From Octopus sinensis (taxonomy: Eukaryota): a stretch of DNA of 64,000 bases. Of this stretch, positions 28,240 to 42,166 are shown piece by piece. Numbering within the stretch: the stretch's first letter is position 1; every line of letters starts with the position of its first letter. The notes beneath the pieces were generated by a model. That model did no database searches, was not told where the DNA came from, and saw nothing but the letters and a program-made list of their open reading frames with translations. The DNA is taken from positions 196,292,001 to 196,356,000 of the forward strand of contig NC_042997.1 of NCBI RefSeq assembly GCF_006345805.1, written 5' to 3'. The position numbers were made by a program, and so were the translations under genes.

Positions 28240-29100
28240 AGCTGGCACAAGGCCAGCAATTTTACGGGGTGGGAATGGTTGAACACATTGAGCCCAGTAT
28301 TTAACTGATATTTATTTTATCGACCCCGAAAATATGAAAAGCGAAATCAATTTAGGTGGAACTGTAACTTAGAACAAAACGCCAGACGAAACTGTACTAA
28401 GCATTTTGCCCGACGTGCTAACAATTCTGTGAACTAACCGCCTTTGGCAATATCGCTTTCATCATAATCCGTCTTTAAGCTCTGGGTTCAATTGACGACG
28501 AAGTCGATTTTGCCTTTCATCTTTTCAGGGTCGATAAAATAAATACCAGTGAAACACTGAGATCGATATATATTTCTTTACTACCCACAAGGGGCTAAAC
28601 ACAGAGAGGACAAACATGGGCAGACAAACGGATTAAGTCGATTATATCGACCCCAGTGCGTAACTGGTACTTAATTTATCGACCCCGAAAGGATGAAAGG
28701 CAAAGTCGACCTCGGCGGAATTTGAACTCAGAACGTAACGGCAGACGAAATACCGCTAAGCATTTCGTCCGGCGTGCTAACGTTTCTGCCAGCTCGCCTG
28801 GGATCGATATAACTGACTAGTCCCTTTCCCTGTAGGAATTGCAGGCTTTGTCCCAAAATTTGAAATTGATATTACATTCATTATAAAAGCGGCGAGATGG
28901 CAAAATCGTTACAACGCCTGGACGCCTCGCAAAATATCAAACCGCTTTCGTCTCTCTTTACTTTTTGAGTCCAAATAACGCCGGGGTCAAGTTTGGCTTT
29001 CATCCTTTCTGGGTCGATAAAAGAAGGTACCATTTAATCACTAGAGTCGATGTCATTGATTTAATCTCTCCCACGAAATTACTGTCCTTGAGCCAAAATC
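28240..29100. mobile_element. Cluster of SINE type 3 copies in both orientations; the best copy is 28585-28800 on the minus strand
   Basis: Recurrent GAGTTCAAATTCCGCCGAGGTCGACTTTGCCTTTCATCCTTTCGGGGTCGATAAA. From recall this resembles the Meta-SINE central domain; not verified. Confidence 0.8.
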
Positions 29101-30628
29101 TGAAATGAAAATAATAAAGGATGTGGCATTTTTCTATACAGTGGTTAACTGAACTAAACACTTATTCAAATGAAGAAAGAGGTATCGTATTCAGTGTCAG
29201 AACGAAACCATTCTAGCGGCCATATTAAGACAATCTTAATCCGTGCGTTTCTCCGGCAATAATATCGACGGGGGACATAGTGGTTTAATGTGGAAATACA
29301 CAACGAAAGTTGCACACGACCTGACGACGTCTATCCGATAGCTACGGGGTATAACTTTACCTTTACTGAATCTGCTAGCATCGCTAGAACATACATAATT
29401 GCTATTGGTGATAATCAATTTACAAATAACATATTGAATATAGCATTATATAAGTGTATATCTAGCGCACATGTTAATACAGGTTGTCAAACATTCTGTT
29501 CTTGTAATCTTATGAAACTGCATTGCATTAAATATAACACAATATGATACACACCTCAGGGTTCTCCTTTTCACATAACAGCCAGAGGCAAGTTGCATCT
29601 TCTTAGATATCTATCACTGAAATCCAAGTATATAAATTACATATAAGATTATTTTGTTGCTTTGCTGCCTCACTTGAAGCTTCCATTTTTAAGACAGTTC
29701 TCTAAATTTTAAACCCGGAATCGTGTAATGACTTGAGGTCTTTCTGTTATTTTCCTTCCATTGATGGTTTCTATGTTTTTAGATCTACATTGAAGAGGAT
29801 GTTGATTTGTTAACTTGAACGTTATGTCACATTAACGGCTACACCTTGGTAAGAGCAAAGGATGGAATCTTTGTGGTTATTGTGGCGGTTGTGCTGGTTT
29901 TGTTGCTACGTAGTCAGCTCCGAGGCAACTCAGATCAGACATAACTGTGCCATGTCAACTATAGGACAAAGTGCGATTTACTTATCTTTACATACAAATA
30001 TACCGTACTTCCGTATAGTTCAGAATCTACAGCACATTTCGACCTCCGTTGTTAATCGTATTTGATATAGAGTGACAGTCCACATATGTTGTACTCTGTA
30101 TTGCCCAGCCTATTCCCGTACGCTTAACAAATTCAGGTGTGGACTATAAAAGAGCCAGATATTGTAGCTTTGATACTAACGTGACAGCTATTGTTACTCT
30201 TTGAGGGTTCAAAGGTAAAAAAATCGCACCACTGTTATAAATACTATGACAACTAGTTACTCAGTGTATTTCGCAGAATAGTGTTTCTGGTCAATGAGGC
30301 TATCAATGCCAAACTTTTTCTAATTTTCTTTTGTCCCGACCATTTTTGTGTGTGTTACATGTGTGATGCATTTATATTATGTGCATTGTACATCGAAATT
30401 GAATATGATCGTGGGTCATTTATTGGTTTTCTCTGGTTATGTTGATGAGATGAGAGACATTGGAGGTTTGTTTTACAATTTATCCCTAAATCAGCCATGA
30501 TATGGCTGGTCCATTATCAGAGGCAGTCCAGATATGACCATTTACCCTGTATGTATATCTGGAAGTGCTACATAACCTCACAAATATTCCTAACTTAACC
30601 GGCAGCATGCAATATGAGGGAGATTTTG

Positions 30629-30686
<58 letters not shown>

Positions 30687-30687
30687 C

Positions 30688-30744
<57 letters not shown>
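30629..30744. repeat. (TAG)n microsatellite
   Basis: Read directly. Confidence 0.95.
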
Positions 30745-30745
<1 letters not shown>

Positions 30746-31026
30746 ACACGGTTGTTATGGGTCAAAGTATGGAACACTATTAGTTGCCAACAAGGAGTAT
30801 GTGTTTTTATCAAGCTACAAAACGTTAAAAGGAGAAAAAAAAAAACGTCAGGAATTCTAAAGAAAAGAAATAAACGAAGCGAGTCAAACTCAATATACAA
30901 TGCGCGGTTGAGAGAAGAGAATTGGTAAATAAACTGTCTGAGAAGTGTTGGAATCAAGAGTGATAAATTAGTGTGATATTTTCTATTGTTTTAATGAGAG
31001 CAAACTCCTTGTCTTTAGTCCCAAAG

Positions 31027-31165
31027 CACCATCAGTGTCCGACGTGCGGCTGACCTTCCGAGTACACTTCGGACTGATTGGTAACAGGCGGACACACTGT
31101 GCCTCGTCTTCTTCTCCCATGTGATGACTTTGGTCATCATCGGCAAGGACGAACGAACTAATGAT
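31027..31165 (+). mobile_element. RTE-type LINE extreme 3' end
   Basis: HQCPTCG, a frameshift, then TFRVHFGLIGNRRTH matches the RTE terminal zinc finger (CPTCGRTFRARIGLISHLRTH type). It is followed by GGTCATCATCGGCAAGGACGAACGAAC. Confidence 0.75.
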
Positions 31166-31321
31166 GGAACTGGGTAGTAATGGCTGCATTTTTAATACCA
31201 ATCCGTCTGAGACTGCCCATGGCTCCCAAACAAAAACTTTTGTTCTAAGGTTATCTAAATTTACGTTTATATATTTGTTTTGCAAGATTCTTGGTGTGAA
31301 ATCGTGTGTTGAGACAGACAT

Positions 31322-31715
31322 TGTTGTATTTAGGAATGGTCATGTTACCAGTTTAGACAATAAAAACACACGCACACACAGGAGATACAAATATTACAAG
31401 CACTTCCCCCACACATACACATTCTAACTAAACATAAACACACATAGGAATATACGGATGCGCAAATAAAGACACATACAATAGGAATACAAAATATAAA
31501 ATGGCTGACCGTTAGTAAGGAGAGACACACAAATAAGAAAGAAGAAAGCAAAGGACCACTGATGAGGTCACAGAAGTGCGACGAAAGAACTCTGGCCGAA
31601 ATGTAATTAAGATCAATGTAAAAAATAAATAAAGCTGTAGCAAATTAACACCAAATATATAGTGCGTGTGTTTTTATTGGCTAAATTGGCAACATGACCA
31701 TTCCTAAATACAACA
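31322..31715. repeat. 54-bp inverted repeat (31322-31375 and 31662-31715) enclosing a weak hammerhead-like core at 31553-31596
   Basis: TGTTGTATTTAGGAATGGTCATG pairs with CATGACCATTCCTAAATACAACA. The spacer contains GGACCA-CTGATGA-G-GTC..GAC-GAAA-GAACT-C-TGGCC. Confidence 0.7.
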
Positions 31716-32107
31716 TTATCTAAATTTTGTTTCAAACGTTATTACAAGGCTGTAAATTATCCGGAAAGGGATAATCGATTACACAAACTTTAGCGTTTAA
31801 CTAGTACTTTAATTTATCGATCTTGAGATAATGAACGGTAACGATGACCTCAGTGGGATGTGAGCTCAGCACATAAAAATCCGGAATAGATACCGCTAAA
31901 CATTTTGGCCGACGCGCAAGCGGTTCTCCAGTTCGCTATCATGTGAGACAAATTAGAACCTTTTTCCAAGAAAATCTCATTCCTTCACTTGCTTAATAAT
32001 AATTCTTTCTACTGTAGGCATATGGCCTGGAATTTTGGAGGAGGCGGTAAGTCGATTACATCGACACCAGTACTCAACTGGTATTTAATTTATTGATCCC
32101 GAAAATA

Positions 32108-32448
32108 TGCTCAACCACTTGCACGTTAATTTCACGAGCCTCGGACACTCGCCGAAGAGCACCCTCGCCGAATGTTCCTGGAAGGCTGGTAGGGTAGAGT
32201 CCTCAATCCCGCCACAAAACCTCCATTGGGTCCAAATTGAAGCAACTACCGTCAGACATTCCGGCTGGATTTCCAAACAGAACCAACTGAAAGTGTGAAT
32301 ATTGATGTGCTGTCACGATTTTGATCTACCCCGAGGTCTCTACCTGTTGGCTCTTCTTCTGGTTTTCTAGAAGCCAACTTGCGGTTCTTTCGTGTGACAT
32401 GTGATCCGATCAACTGGAACCCACGTCGTCGTAACCGACAGAGTGCCA
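32108..32448. mobile_element. SINE tail b interrupted by an unclassified repeat of about 260 bp (32140-32402); second copy of that repeat at about 36283-36530
   Basis: TGCTCAACCACTTGCACGTTAATTTCACGAGC and GATCAACTGGAACCC..CGACAGAGTGCC are adjacent in 25041-25425 but separated here. Confidence 0.65.
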
Positions 32449-33036
32449 CGATGTATTATATACGTATGTATTAATGTGTATGTATGTGGATACATGTATG
32501 TTTGAATGCATAACGCAACGAAGGTGCCTCTCATAGGCTACATTCACTGCTAGAAATAGCCACAAATGCACTCATACGTCCTTCTAAGTAAGGTCTGATC
32601 AAACAGAGCTGGAACGACAATGTATGAAGCGTGATCTTCCTTTCTGATTTCTATAACCGGACCATATTACGCAACGTTGCTTCTTCTAAAATAGTATACT
32701 GTGATTGAAGAAGAATTTAGCTGATTTTTCTAGCATGTCAAGATACCACGTAGTGAATCTCATGTCGGCTCGTTGTTGCTGTTTTACCAGATAGATAGAT
32801 AGAGCATCAATAACTTCCTCGCTCTGACCAACTTGTCTTTCTCATCAGAGACTTATTGGGTCTGCTGTGGTTGTGTGCTTTAAGAGCTCGCTTTGCCATT
32901 ACGTAGTTTTGGGTTCAGCTTCAATGCATGGCGCCTTGAGCTGGTGTTTTCTATTGTAGACTTGGCACGAACAATTATTTGTAAATGAATCTTGCAGACA
33001 GAAATTGTGTACTAGCCAAACCTATATATATATATA

Positions 33037-33649
33037 TACAAATATAAGAGAGGATCCACTATGTGGACGCTCTTGCGCTAAAAATAGATCCGCAATGGTC
33101 TCAACCACCAATAATTGTTCCCAAGGAGAATTAGCACAACTATGAACGTAAGCGAGCAGGACAAATAAAAAAAATAACAAAATGTAGATTAATTCTAGAC
33201 AATTGTTTCACTGTTAATAGATTATGCAAATTTACTTACACAATAAATCCACAGCTCATCAGTAGAATTCGTCATGAATATAATTTGTTGAACTGCACGC
33301 CAGATTTTAACATAAACTCAAACACACGTGTAGTTCAGCCTATTATATTCGCAGTTATGATTCGAATGCCCTCGCTATAGCGCGCCAAAATTACCGGAAA
33401 CAAATACTGCATAAATAATTTACTGCAGTATAATTAAAATAAAAAATAAGGGTGAAAAAATTGGATATTAATTTAATAACATCAATTTAACACCAAGTGT
33501 TTTTAGCGCAAGAGCGTCCACATAGTGGATCCTCTCTCATATTTGTGTATTAATGTTTACTAAATCCTAGTTTTTATGCGCTAAACCACTTGGTGTTAAA
33601 TTGATGTTATTAAATTAATATCCAATTTTTTCACACTTATTTTTTATTT
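33037..33649. repeat. Two interleaved inverted repeats (33037-33084 with 33500-33549; 33438-33499 with 33587-33649)
   Basis: GAGAGGATCCACTATGTGGACGCTCTTGCGCTAAAA and its reverse complement; GATATTAATTTAATAACATCAATTTAACACCAAGTG and its reverse complement. Confidence 0.85.
33191..33269 (-). ncRNA. Type I hammerhead motif with the best-paired helix I in the window
   Basis: Minus strand: AATTCTA-CTGATGA-GCTGT..36 nt..ACAGT-GAAA-CAATTGT-C-TAGAATT. Helix I is a perfect 7 bp, helix III is palindromic ACAAUUGU, the triplet is GUC, and the 10.1-11.1 pair is G-U. Confidence 0.8.
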
Positions 33650-33954
33650 ATATATATATATATACATATATATATACATATATATGCATATACACACGAA
33701 CAGACACATACATACACACTACATATACATACACGCACACACACATACTTCAAACTACCGGTACTTTCTACTCACCATTCTCCATCGCACATGTGTAGGT
33801 AGACACACAACGGGCAGCCACTCCTACCAAAATTCTTACTATAAATTCTTCCTATGACCTAAACGATACTAAGCCCTACGACAAACAGCCACAATCACAC
33901 ACTCACACACACAACAGCGCGCACGCACATACACACACATGCCTCCTTCTCTTA

Positions 33955-34366
33955 CACACTCCTGTCTTTGAAATAACTTTTTCTCTTCACCCATTCCCTT
34001 CCGGCTATTCCAATATGTGACCGCGTGTGCATCGTTGGCAATTTTCTTTCTCCGTCTTCCCTTCTTTGGACTTTTCCTTTTTCCTATATTTCTGACGAAG
34101 AGCTCCGCTCGAAGCATTTAATCCTCCTTCTTTCTTTCCTTTCCTGAGCCTCCAGTAACAATATACTTGTTCCACCTCCTCGCGTTGTTGTGTTTTCTCT
34201 TTATTCATGTTTGGATTATACGCCCTCACAATTTTTTCATCAATCTTGCAACTATAACGTGCGTGCTTGCATACATATATATACACACATATAAACCTCT
34301 ACATTTGTACACACACGCATATGTATACATACATTCACTCGCACGCACGTACACACACACACACAG

Positions 34367-34405
<39 letters not shown>

Positions 34406-35725
34406 CAATACACGCACACACACATACACACGTACAAACACACACACCAGCACAGATGCCCACATATACCTCCAACAAACAATACTCATACAGATACAAT
34501 CACATTTATACACACATGGGCACAGACACACACACACATACACGCACGTAAGCGCACACACGCACACAAGCACACCCCCGCACTTAAGCCCACACAACTC
34601 CAAAAAACCACACACACACACGCATACACAAATTCACAAACACACCGACACATATACATACACACAATATATGCCTACACGTGCACACACACATACATCT
34701 ACGTATACATATATAGGCACAGACACACACTCACATACGCACACATAAACATGCGCACACATACGCACGCACACACGCACTCCAATGCACACACCCAAAA
34801 CTCACAACCCCACGGATACACGTATATACATCCATATACGCTTACACACACATACAAACGCACACGTACACGCACACACAACTACACGCACATACGACAC
34901 GCACGCACATACATACACACACACAAATGAACCCACACATACATCCCATACACACGGCACACAATTATACATACACGAAGACAATTATACATACGTATAT
35001 ACACACATACGCACGTACATGCACACACGCACACATACACTAAGTATAGCACAGTTATTCGCCACACACCCAAACTCTACGCATACACACGCGAACACAC
35101 ATACATACACACACACACACACTACAAACAAGACACACACACGATACATATACATACACGCACACACATACATACTTCAAAGTAACAGGACTGACCTGTG
35201 GCAGGAAAAAACACCACTCCTTATTCTACTAGCCTTACAAACTAACCAGCCCACTACTAGCCCTTTGTGTACAGCTACAACCACACACACATACACACAC
35301 ACACGCACACACACACACGTATCATCATTGCACACATACACACACACACGCACACGCAGACCTCCGCGCACGCTCATATCCACACTTACACACACATTCC
35401 CCCTCCTACCATTCTGCTGTCTTTGACAATACTACTCTTCTGTCTTTGAAAACATCTTTCTTCACCCTTTTCCTTCCGGTCTTTCAAAATGTGACCTCGT
35501 GTGTACCGTTGGCGATTTTTTTTCCTCTGTCTTCCCTTCTCAGGATCTTTCCTTCTCCTATGTTTCCGACGAAGAGCTCCGCTCGAAACATTAAGCCCTC
35601 CTTCTTTCCTTCTTTCCTGAGCGTCCAATAACACTATATTTGTCCACGTCCTCGCGTTGTAGCATTTTTTTGTGCTTTCTTGTGTGAATTAACTTTATAT
35701 ATATATACATGTATATACATATATA

Positions 35726-35795
<70 letters not shown>

Positions 35796-36554
35796 CATAT
35801 ACATACACACGCATATATACGTGTGTGCATGAGTGTCTGTGTGTGTGTGAGCGTGTGTTTGCGTGTGTTCATGTATGTATAAATGCATGCGTGTAATTTA
35901 GATCGCTCTCGAGCGCAATTAATTACATGTAACGCAGTACAACCTGTCGCATGGTCGGGTCAACTAGGACGAAAGCGGTAATCCCAGCAAACACTTGCTC
36001 GGCCAGTGCAGGGCATTAAACACTTAACATTTTGTGTTCTTGTAGGCAGAACCAGTCAGTGATGGTCATGGTTGGTCAGTGATGGTCATGTTCGGTTAAT
36101 AAGTAGACAGCCATCATGAATGTATCTTTGTATGTATTTATGTATGTGTGCGTGTGCATATGTATGTGTGTACGTGTGTGTGCGTGCATGTGGGTGTGTA
36201 TGTGTGTGTTATGTTAGTATTTGTACACCACATCGCTTGACAATCGGCGTAGGTACATTTGCCACCCACCTATCTATTCATCTTCGCCAACTGTTCCTGG
36301 AAGGCTAGTAGGGTAGAGTCCACAAGCCTACCACACAGCCTCTATTGGGCCCAAATTCAAGCAACTACCGTCAGACATTCTGGCTGGATTTCCAAGCATG
36401 ACCAACTGAAAATGTGAATACCGATGTACAGTCACGGTTTTGGTCTATCTCTAGGTCTCTACCTGTTGGCTCTTCTTCTGGTCTTCTAGAAGCCATCTTG
36501 CGATTCTTTCATGTTGCATTCTACTCACATGTGCGTACAATAAGCACCAGGCTT

Positions 36555-36595
<41 letters not shown>

Positions 36596-36885
36596 GTGAG
36601 ACACCTTTTCTTCAACAAATCATTTAACCGTCACCCAATTGATGTTGCTAATAAAATATCTGAAGGAATTTTGCTCTTCGACCGCGTGTATATCGTTGGC
36701 AATTTTTTTTCCTCCGTATTCCCTTCCTTGGATCTTTCCTTTTCCTATGTTTCTGACGAAGAGCTCCGCTCGAAACGTTAAATCCCCCTTCTTTCTTTCC
36801 TTTCTTGAGCGTCCAATAACATTATACTTGTTCCACGTCCTCGCGTTGTTGTGTTTTATCTTTGTCTTTTCATGTTTGGATTAAC
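33955..36885 (+). mobile_element. Three co-oriented copies (about 33955-34225, 35435-35700 and 36595-36885) of a pyrimidine-rich repeat carrying a minimal hammerhead core, separated by CA/TA-rich spacers
   Basis: The cores YYGACGAAGAGCTCCGCTCGAARC are at 34092, 35566 and 36753, and the flanks align among the copies. Confidence 0.8.
36749..36783 (+). ncRNA. Minimal type I hammerhead motif (extra A before helix II, loopless helix III)
   Basis: GTTT-CTGACGA-A-GAGC(TCC)GCTC-GAAA-CGT-T-AAAT. Helix III ACGU is self-complementary. Confidence 0.65.
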
Positions 36886-36904
36886 TATATATATATATAT
36901 ATAT

Positions 36905-37122
36905 ATAACTAAGATAACTTAGATATGTTTCGACCAAAGATTGGCCCAGGCCATGTCTAACTTAATAGCACCACCTGATAGGATTATTCGAATCCTGTTT
37001 AAGTCAAGTTTTGTTTAAGTCAAGTTTTGTTTAAGTCAAGTTTTGTTCAAGTAGTGAGTTCTTGTTGGGTGAGTTGTATCCAATTATGGGTGGCTTATCT
37101 GGTATTCTTTGAAGGAATCTAT
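36905..37122 (-). mobile_element. LINE 3' end (same family as 18300-18565) containing a 16-bp triple tandem repeat at 36997-37044
   Basis: The minus strand encodes RFLQRIPDKPPIIGYNSPNKNSLLE. GTTTAAGTCAAGTTTT occurs three times. Confidence 0.7.
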
Positions 37123-38319
37123 ATATATTGGGTCAATTTATTCGAATAAAGTTTTCAAGGCGGTGCCTCCTCAGCATAGCCGCTGTCCAATGACAACAAG
37201 AAGCCAAAAATAAAAGAGTTACCGTACCCGTGACTAGATATCACATGGTTTTCCTATATTTTGACACGGCTGGCAGAGGTGGACGGAGGACGTTTGATCA
37301 AGCTGTGGATAACGGACGTCATGTTGCAACCATGTTGCAATTAGGTGAATCCTTTTACAGTTTCAGCTCAAAACTCGCTGAGGAAATTTATTTTTCACAT
37401 GATTTCTAAATCGATGGAGAAACAAAAAAAAAAAAAAACAGAGAGAGAGATCGGTTGCAACGCCCCACAAAATGAGTGATTGTTTGACCACCATATAAAT
37501 CATCTTTTATCGAAGCAAAACGAAATATCAATATAAAAACATCAGAAAAAGAGATATAATACGAAACGCAGATAGCAAGCAGCATGATTGCTGTGTGGTA
37601 TTGCATCATATAGTTGCAAAGCATAGGAGATATAATTGTAAGATATGGTTTCATAAACCAGTGATACACTGCGGTCAATATTATATGTATACTTTCATAT
37701 TTTTTGTATTTCGTGAAAATAAAACAACGCAGACCTTTTTTGATGAACGAAAAATTTGGGCAGTAAGATTTTTCATAGTCGATCTCGGGAAATTTGTTAG
37801 CGGATTCTTGATAACACCTGAATTCTTTTATGAGAATATTTATTGGGGGTACAGTCACTCATTTACATAATGTTTGATGTCGACAAGATCAATGATGGAA
37901 AAGGATTTCTTTCTGTTTTTTTTTTATCGCGTTTTATTTTTATTTTTTTTCCTTTTCTCCCCTGATATACTTAAACACTAAAAAAATATATTTTTTAGTG
38001 TCATTTTTGACATTTTCCTTTTACGTTTTTTTTTTCGTTTTTTTTTCCCTTTAATATTATTATTAATTTTTGCTTTTTGTTCTAACCAAAATTCCATAAA
38101 GAAATAATATCAATAAGCGGGCGAGTTCACATCATGGATTTTACGACCAATTTTGTGCGTTATATCTTCATATTTTAAGAGATAGATGCCAATATGAATT
38201 AATAATATGAGCCATACTGACCCATTCATCTATCGATAAAGTCTATCTCAATACACATATGCGCACGCATCTACAATCACATACAATCACACACAAAAAT
38301 CTGTGTACGTATATTAAAG

Positions 38320-38410
38320 TTTATGTTTGCATGTGTGGGTGCGCGTACGTATGCATAGAAGTGCATATATACAGATAAATACACACACACAAATATATAT
38401 AAATACATAT

Positions 38411-38448
<38 letters not shown>

Positions 38449-38469
38449 TATTATATATATATATATACG

Positions 38470-38541
<72 letters not shown>

Positions 38542-39200
38542 ACATATACATTATATATATATATATATATATGAATATATATACAAACATATAGATGTAT
38601 GTAGTACGTAATGTATATATATATATATATATTATATATATATGTGTGTGTGTGTGTGTGCACATATATACACACATACACATATATATATATATGCATA
38701 CATATTATATATGTATGTGTATGTGTGTACATATATATATATATATAAATATATATATATGTACATATGTATGTATATATATATGTGTATGTTAGATATT
38801 TATATAAAAACATATACACACGCTCACACGTTCATGTGTGTATGTGTGCGTTTATGCTTGTGAGTGTGTATTTTGATACATGTGCTCACGCATGAACAGC
38901 AAATATGGTGCGTACGTATATGTGTGTAGGCGGTTTTGCATATCTGTGTCAATGTAAGTATGTGTATATAGATATATATGTGCGTGTCAAAAGGGACATG
39001 ACATTCATATTTATTGGATAGATGGGAAACTTATAAAATGTGTGTATACATGTATATATACACACTTGCATAAAGACAAGTCCACATTGTTGCATATGTA
39101 CACATGTACACGTATGCACACAAATAAATCGTGCCTTCGCGTGATACATATTCACTTATACATATATATCTATATAGATTTATATATATGGGTGTGTATA

Positions 39201-39242
<42 letters not shown>

Positions 39243-39531
39243 GTATGTGTGTGTGTATATGCATGATTATATGCGTACATAGGCATATATACGTGTGTGT
39301 ATGCGTGTGTTAGTCTTAAACGAGATTCAGAAATTATATTTTGTTGCAATCTACAACCTAAAAATATCTCTCTAGATCTCTGACACAAAAGGAATTTAAG
39401 AGAAAAACACCAAAAACCGTTTTTATGGCTTTGAATATGCAAGGTGAGTTAATATTTTACAGCTTTATTGACACGCACACACCCACACACACCACACTAA
39501 TATATATGTACATGTGCAAATATACATATAT

Positions 39532-39597
<66 letters not shown>

Positions 39598-39794
39598 ATT
39601 ATATATATATATGTAATATATATATATGTATATATATTATATATATGTATATATATGTATATACATGTATCTATAGTGTGTGTATTTATATATATATATA
39701 TGTTTCATATACACACATATATAATACATACATATATATAAAGATATTTATACTTATATGTATGTATGTATACATATATGTGGAAATATATCGG

Positions 39795-39831
<37 letters not shown>

Positions 39832-40093
39832 ATAAATTCGTGTAATCGTGGGTGTATATATATGTCTACATAACAGCGCAAGGGTATGATTCTAAGCGTA
39901 TGTATATATAGTAACTTAAGCCATGTTTTCTAAGTAAAACAAAATTTAAACACGTTTTACGCGTATACATATGTATATATAATTTCCTTACACCTATATA
40001 ATTATATACATATATGTGTAATAGGAACTTCCATTCCTATTTATACATACTCACACACACTCACGTATATATATATATATATATATGTCTATA

Positions 40094-40124
<31 letters not shown>

Positions 40125-40137
40125 TATATATATATAT

Positions 40138-40183
<46 letters not shown>

Positions 40184-40200
40184 TACATACAGATATATAT
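38320..40200. repeat. Microsatellite-dense TA/TG/GA tract
   Basis: Read directly. Confidence 0.85.
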
Positions 40201-40360
40201 TTATAAGTATATAATATAATCATTAAAGTGTGCGGATATACCCACCAACGCGCTAGAAATATACACTATTATGCTCTAAAAACCACATTTCCACGCCGTT
40301 ACTACAAGTTTTAAGCGTACTGATGAAAAAAAGTGAATGAGTCTTTTTTTAATTGGTTAA

Positions 40361-40415
40361 TTGTAGATCGATTTCTGGTTTAGGATTGTAAAACTCATTG
40401 CTTTCATCAGTACAA
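40361..40415 (-). ncRNA. Decayed hammerhead motif (helices I and III paired, helix II not)
   Basis: Minus strand: TTGTA-CTGATGA-28 nt-GAAA-TCGAT-C-TACAA. Helix III is palindromic AUCGAU. Confidence 0.5.
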
Positions 40416-40863
40416 CATGACAAGTGTATATACATGCAGACATTTATACATACCCATACAAACATACATCCGTAAGATTGTATACAAGCATTTCCATGTA
40501 TATACTAGATAAATCTAAGTTTCTTTCATTTCAACCAACTGTTGTTACTATGAAAATAATATCGCAGCAATGCAATTTCATCGGGAGCAAAATGTATATT
40601 TTATACAAAATTAAGGATAGAACCGCTTTAATTGGTTTATCAAGTGGCTAGCGAGAAATTAAAAAATAACGAGACAGGTTACAATTGATACTAATTTATA
40701 ATTATGAAATATAATTATATTAAAGGGTTCTGATAAACCACACCAACACGCTAGAAATAGACGCCAAATGGCTCTAAAAACAACATCTATAATTTCTTTC
40801 ATGCTGATCATTTGATAAAATCATTATAGTGGTTTTACCCTTAATTTTGTACAAAACATAGAT

Positions 40864-40894
<31 letters not shown>

Positions 40895-40896
40895 CG

Positions 40897-40931
<35 letters not shown>

Positions 40932-41264
40932 TCACACACACTCACACACACATATATATATATATTAAGTGTAACTACCCGAAATCGTAAGGACATTTGG
41001 TAACTTGACTGAAGAAATACGTCCACGAACGACTCGTTCTTTTTTTCTTTGTGCTTCTAATTGTTGTTTTTCCTGTCTGCCTTTGTATTGCCTATCAGTG
41101 CGAATGTTTTATTGTCCTCTATTGCGTTTTTGTTCCATATATATATATATAATATATTATATATATAATAATATATTATATATATAATATATATAGATAG
41201 ATAGATAGATACATACATACATACACATATATATACATATACATGTGTGTGTGTCTTCGTGTCT

Positions 41265-41476
41265 GTGTTTGTCTCCCTCACCATCGCTCGACAACCGATG
41301 TTTTCGTCTTTACGTCCCTGTAACTTAGCAGTTTGTCATATGAGTTCGATGGACTGAGTACCAGGCTTACAACACATAAGTCCTACGGTCGATTTCTTCG
41401 ACTAAAACCCTTTAAGGCGGTGCCCCAACATGGCCACATCAATGGAAATAAAAGAAAAAAAAAAAATATTATATAC

Positions 41477-41527
<51 letters not shown>

Positions 41528-41753
41528 AATATGCATGTATGTGTGTAAGTATGTATGTATGCATGCATGTATGTATGTTTAAATAAATAAAGGCGTAGGA
41601 GTGGTTGTGTGGTAAGTAGCTTGCTTATAACCACATGGTTCCGGGTTCAGTCTCACTGCGTGGCACCTTGGGCAAGTGTCTTCTACTATTGCCTCTGGCT
41701 GACCAAGGCCTTGTGAGTAGATTTGGTAGACGGAAACTGAAAGAAACCCGTCG

Positions 41754-41827
<74 letters not shown>

Positions 41828-42070
41828 ACATTATATCTATATATGCGTGTGTGTAGTATATGTTTGTGTGTCTGTGTTTATCCCCCCAACATCGCTTGAC
41901 AACCGACGTTGGTGTGTATACGTCCCCGTAACTTCGAGGTTCGGCAAGAGAGACCAATAGAATAAGTACTATGCTTACAAAGAATAAACCCTGGGGTTGA
42001 TTTGCTTGACTAAAGACGGAACTCCAGTATGGCCACAGACAAAATGACTGAAACAGATAAAAGAACAAAA
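41265..42070 (+). mobile_element. SINE type 2 copies (41265-41455, 3' half; 41590-42070, full length)
   Basis: Both align with 13938-14312. Confidence 0.85.
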
Positions 42071-42166
42071 AGAAAAAATGCATGTATGTATGTGTGTCTT
42101 GAAGTAAATGTAGAGATAAACGAATTAGACACATGAATATAAAATTATATAAAATACAAAATATGT

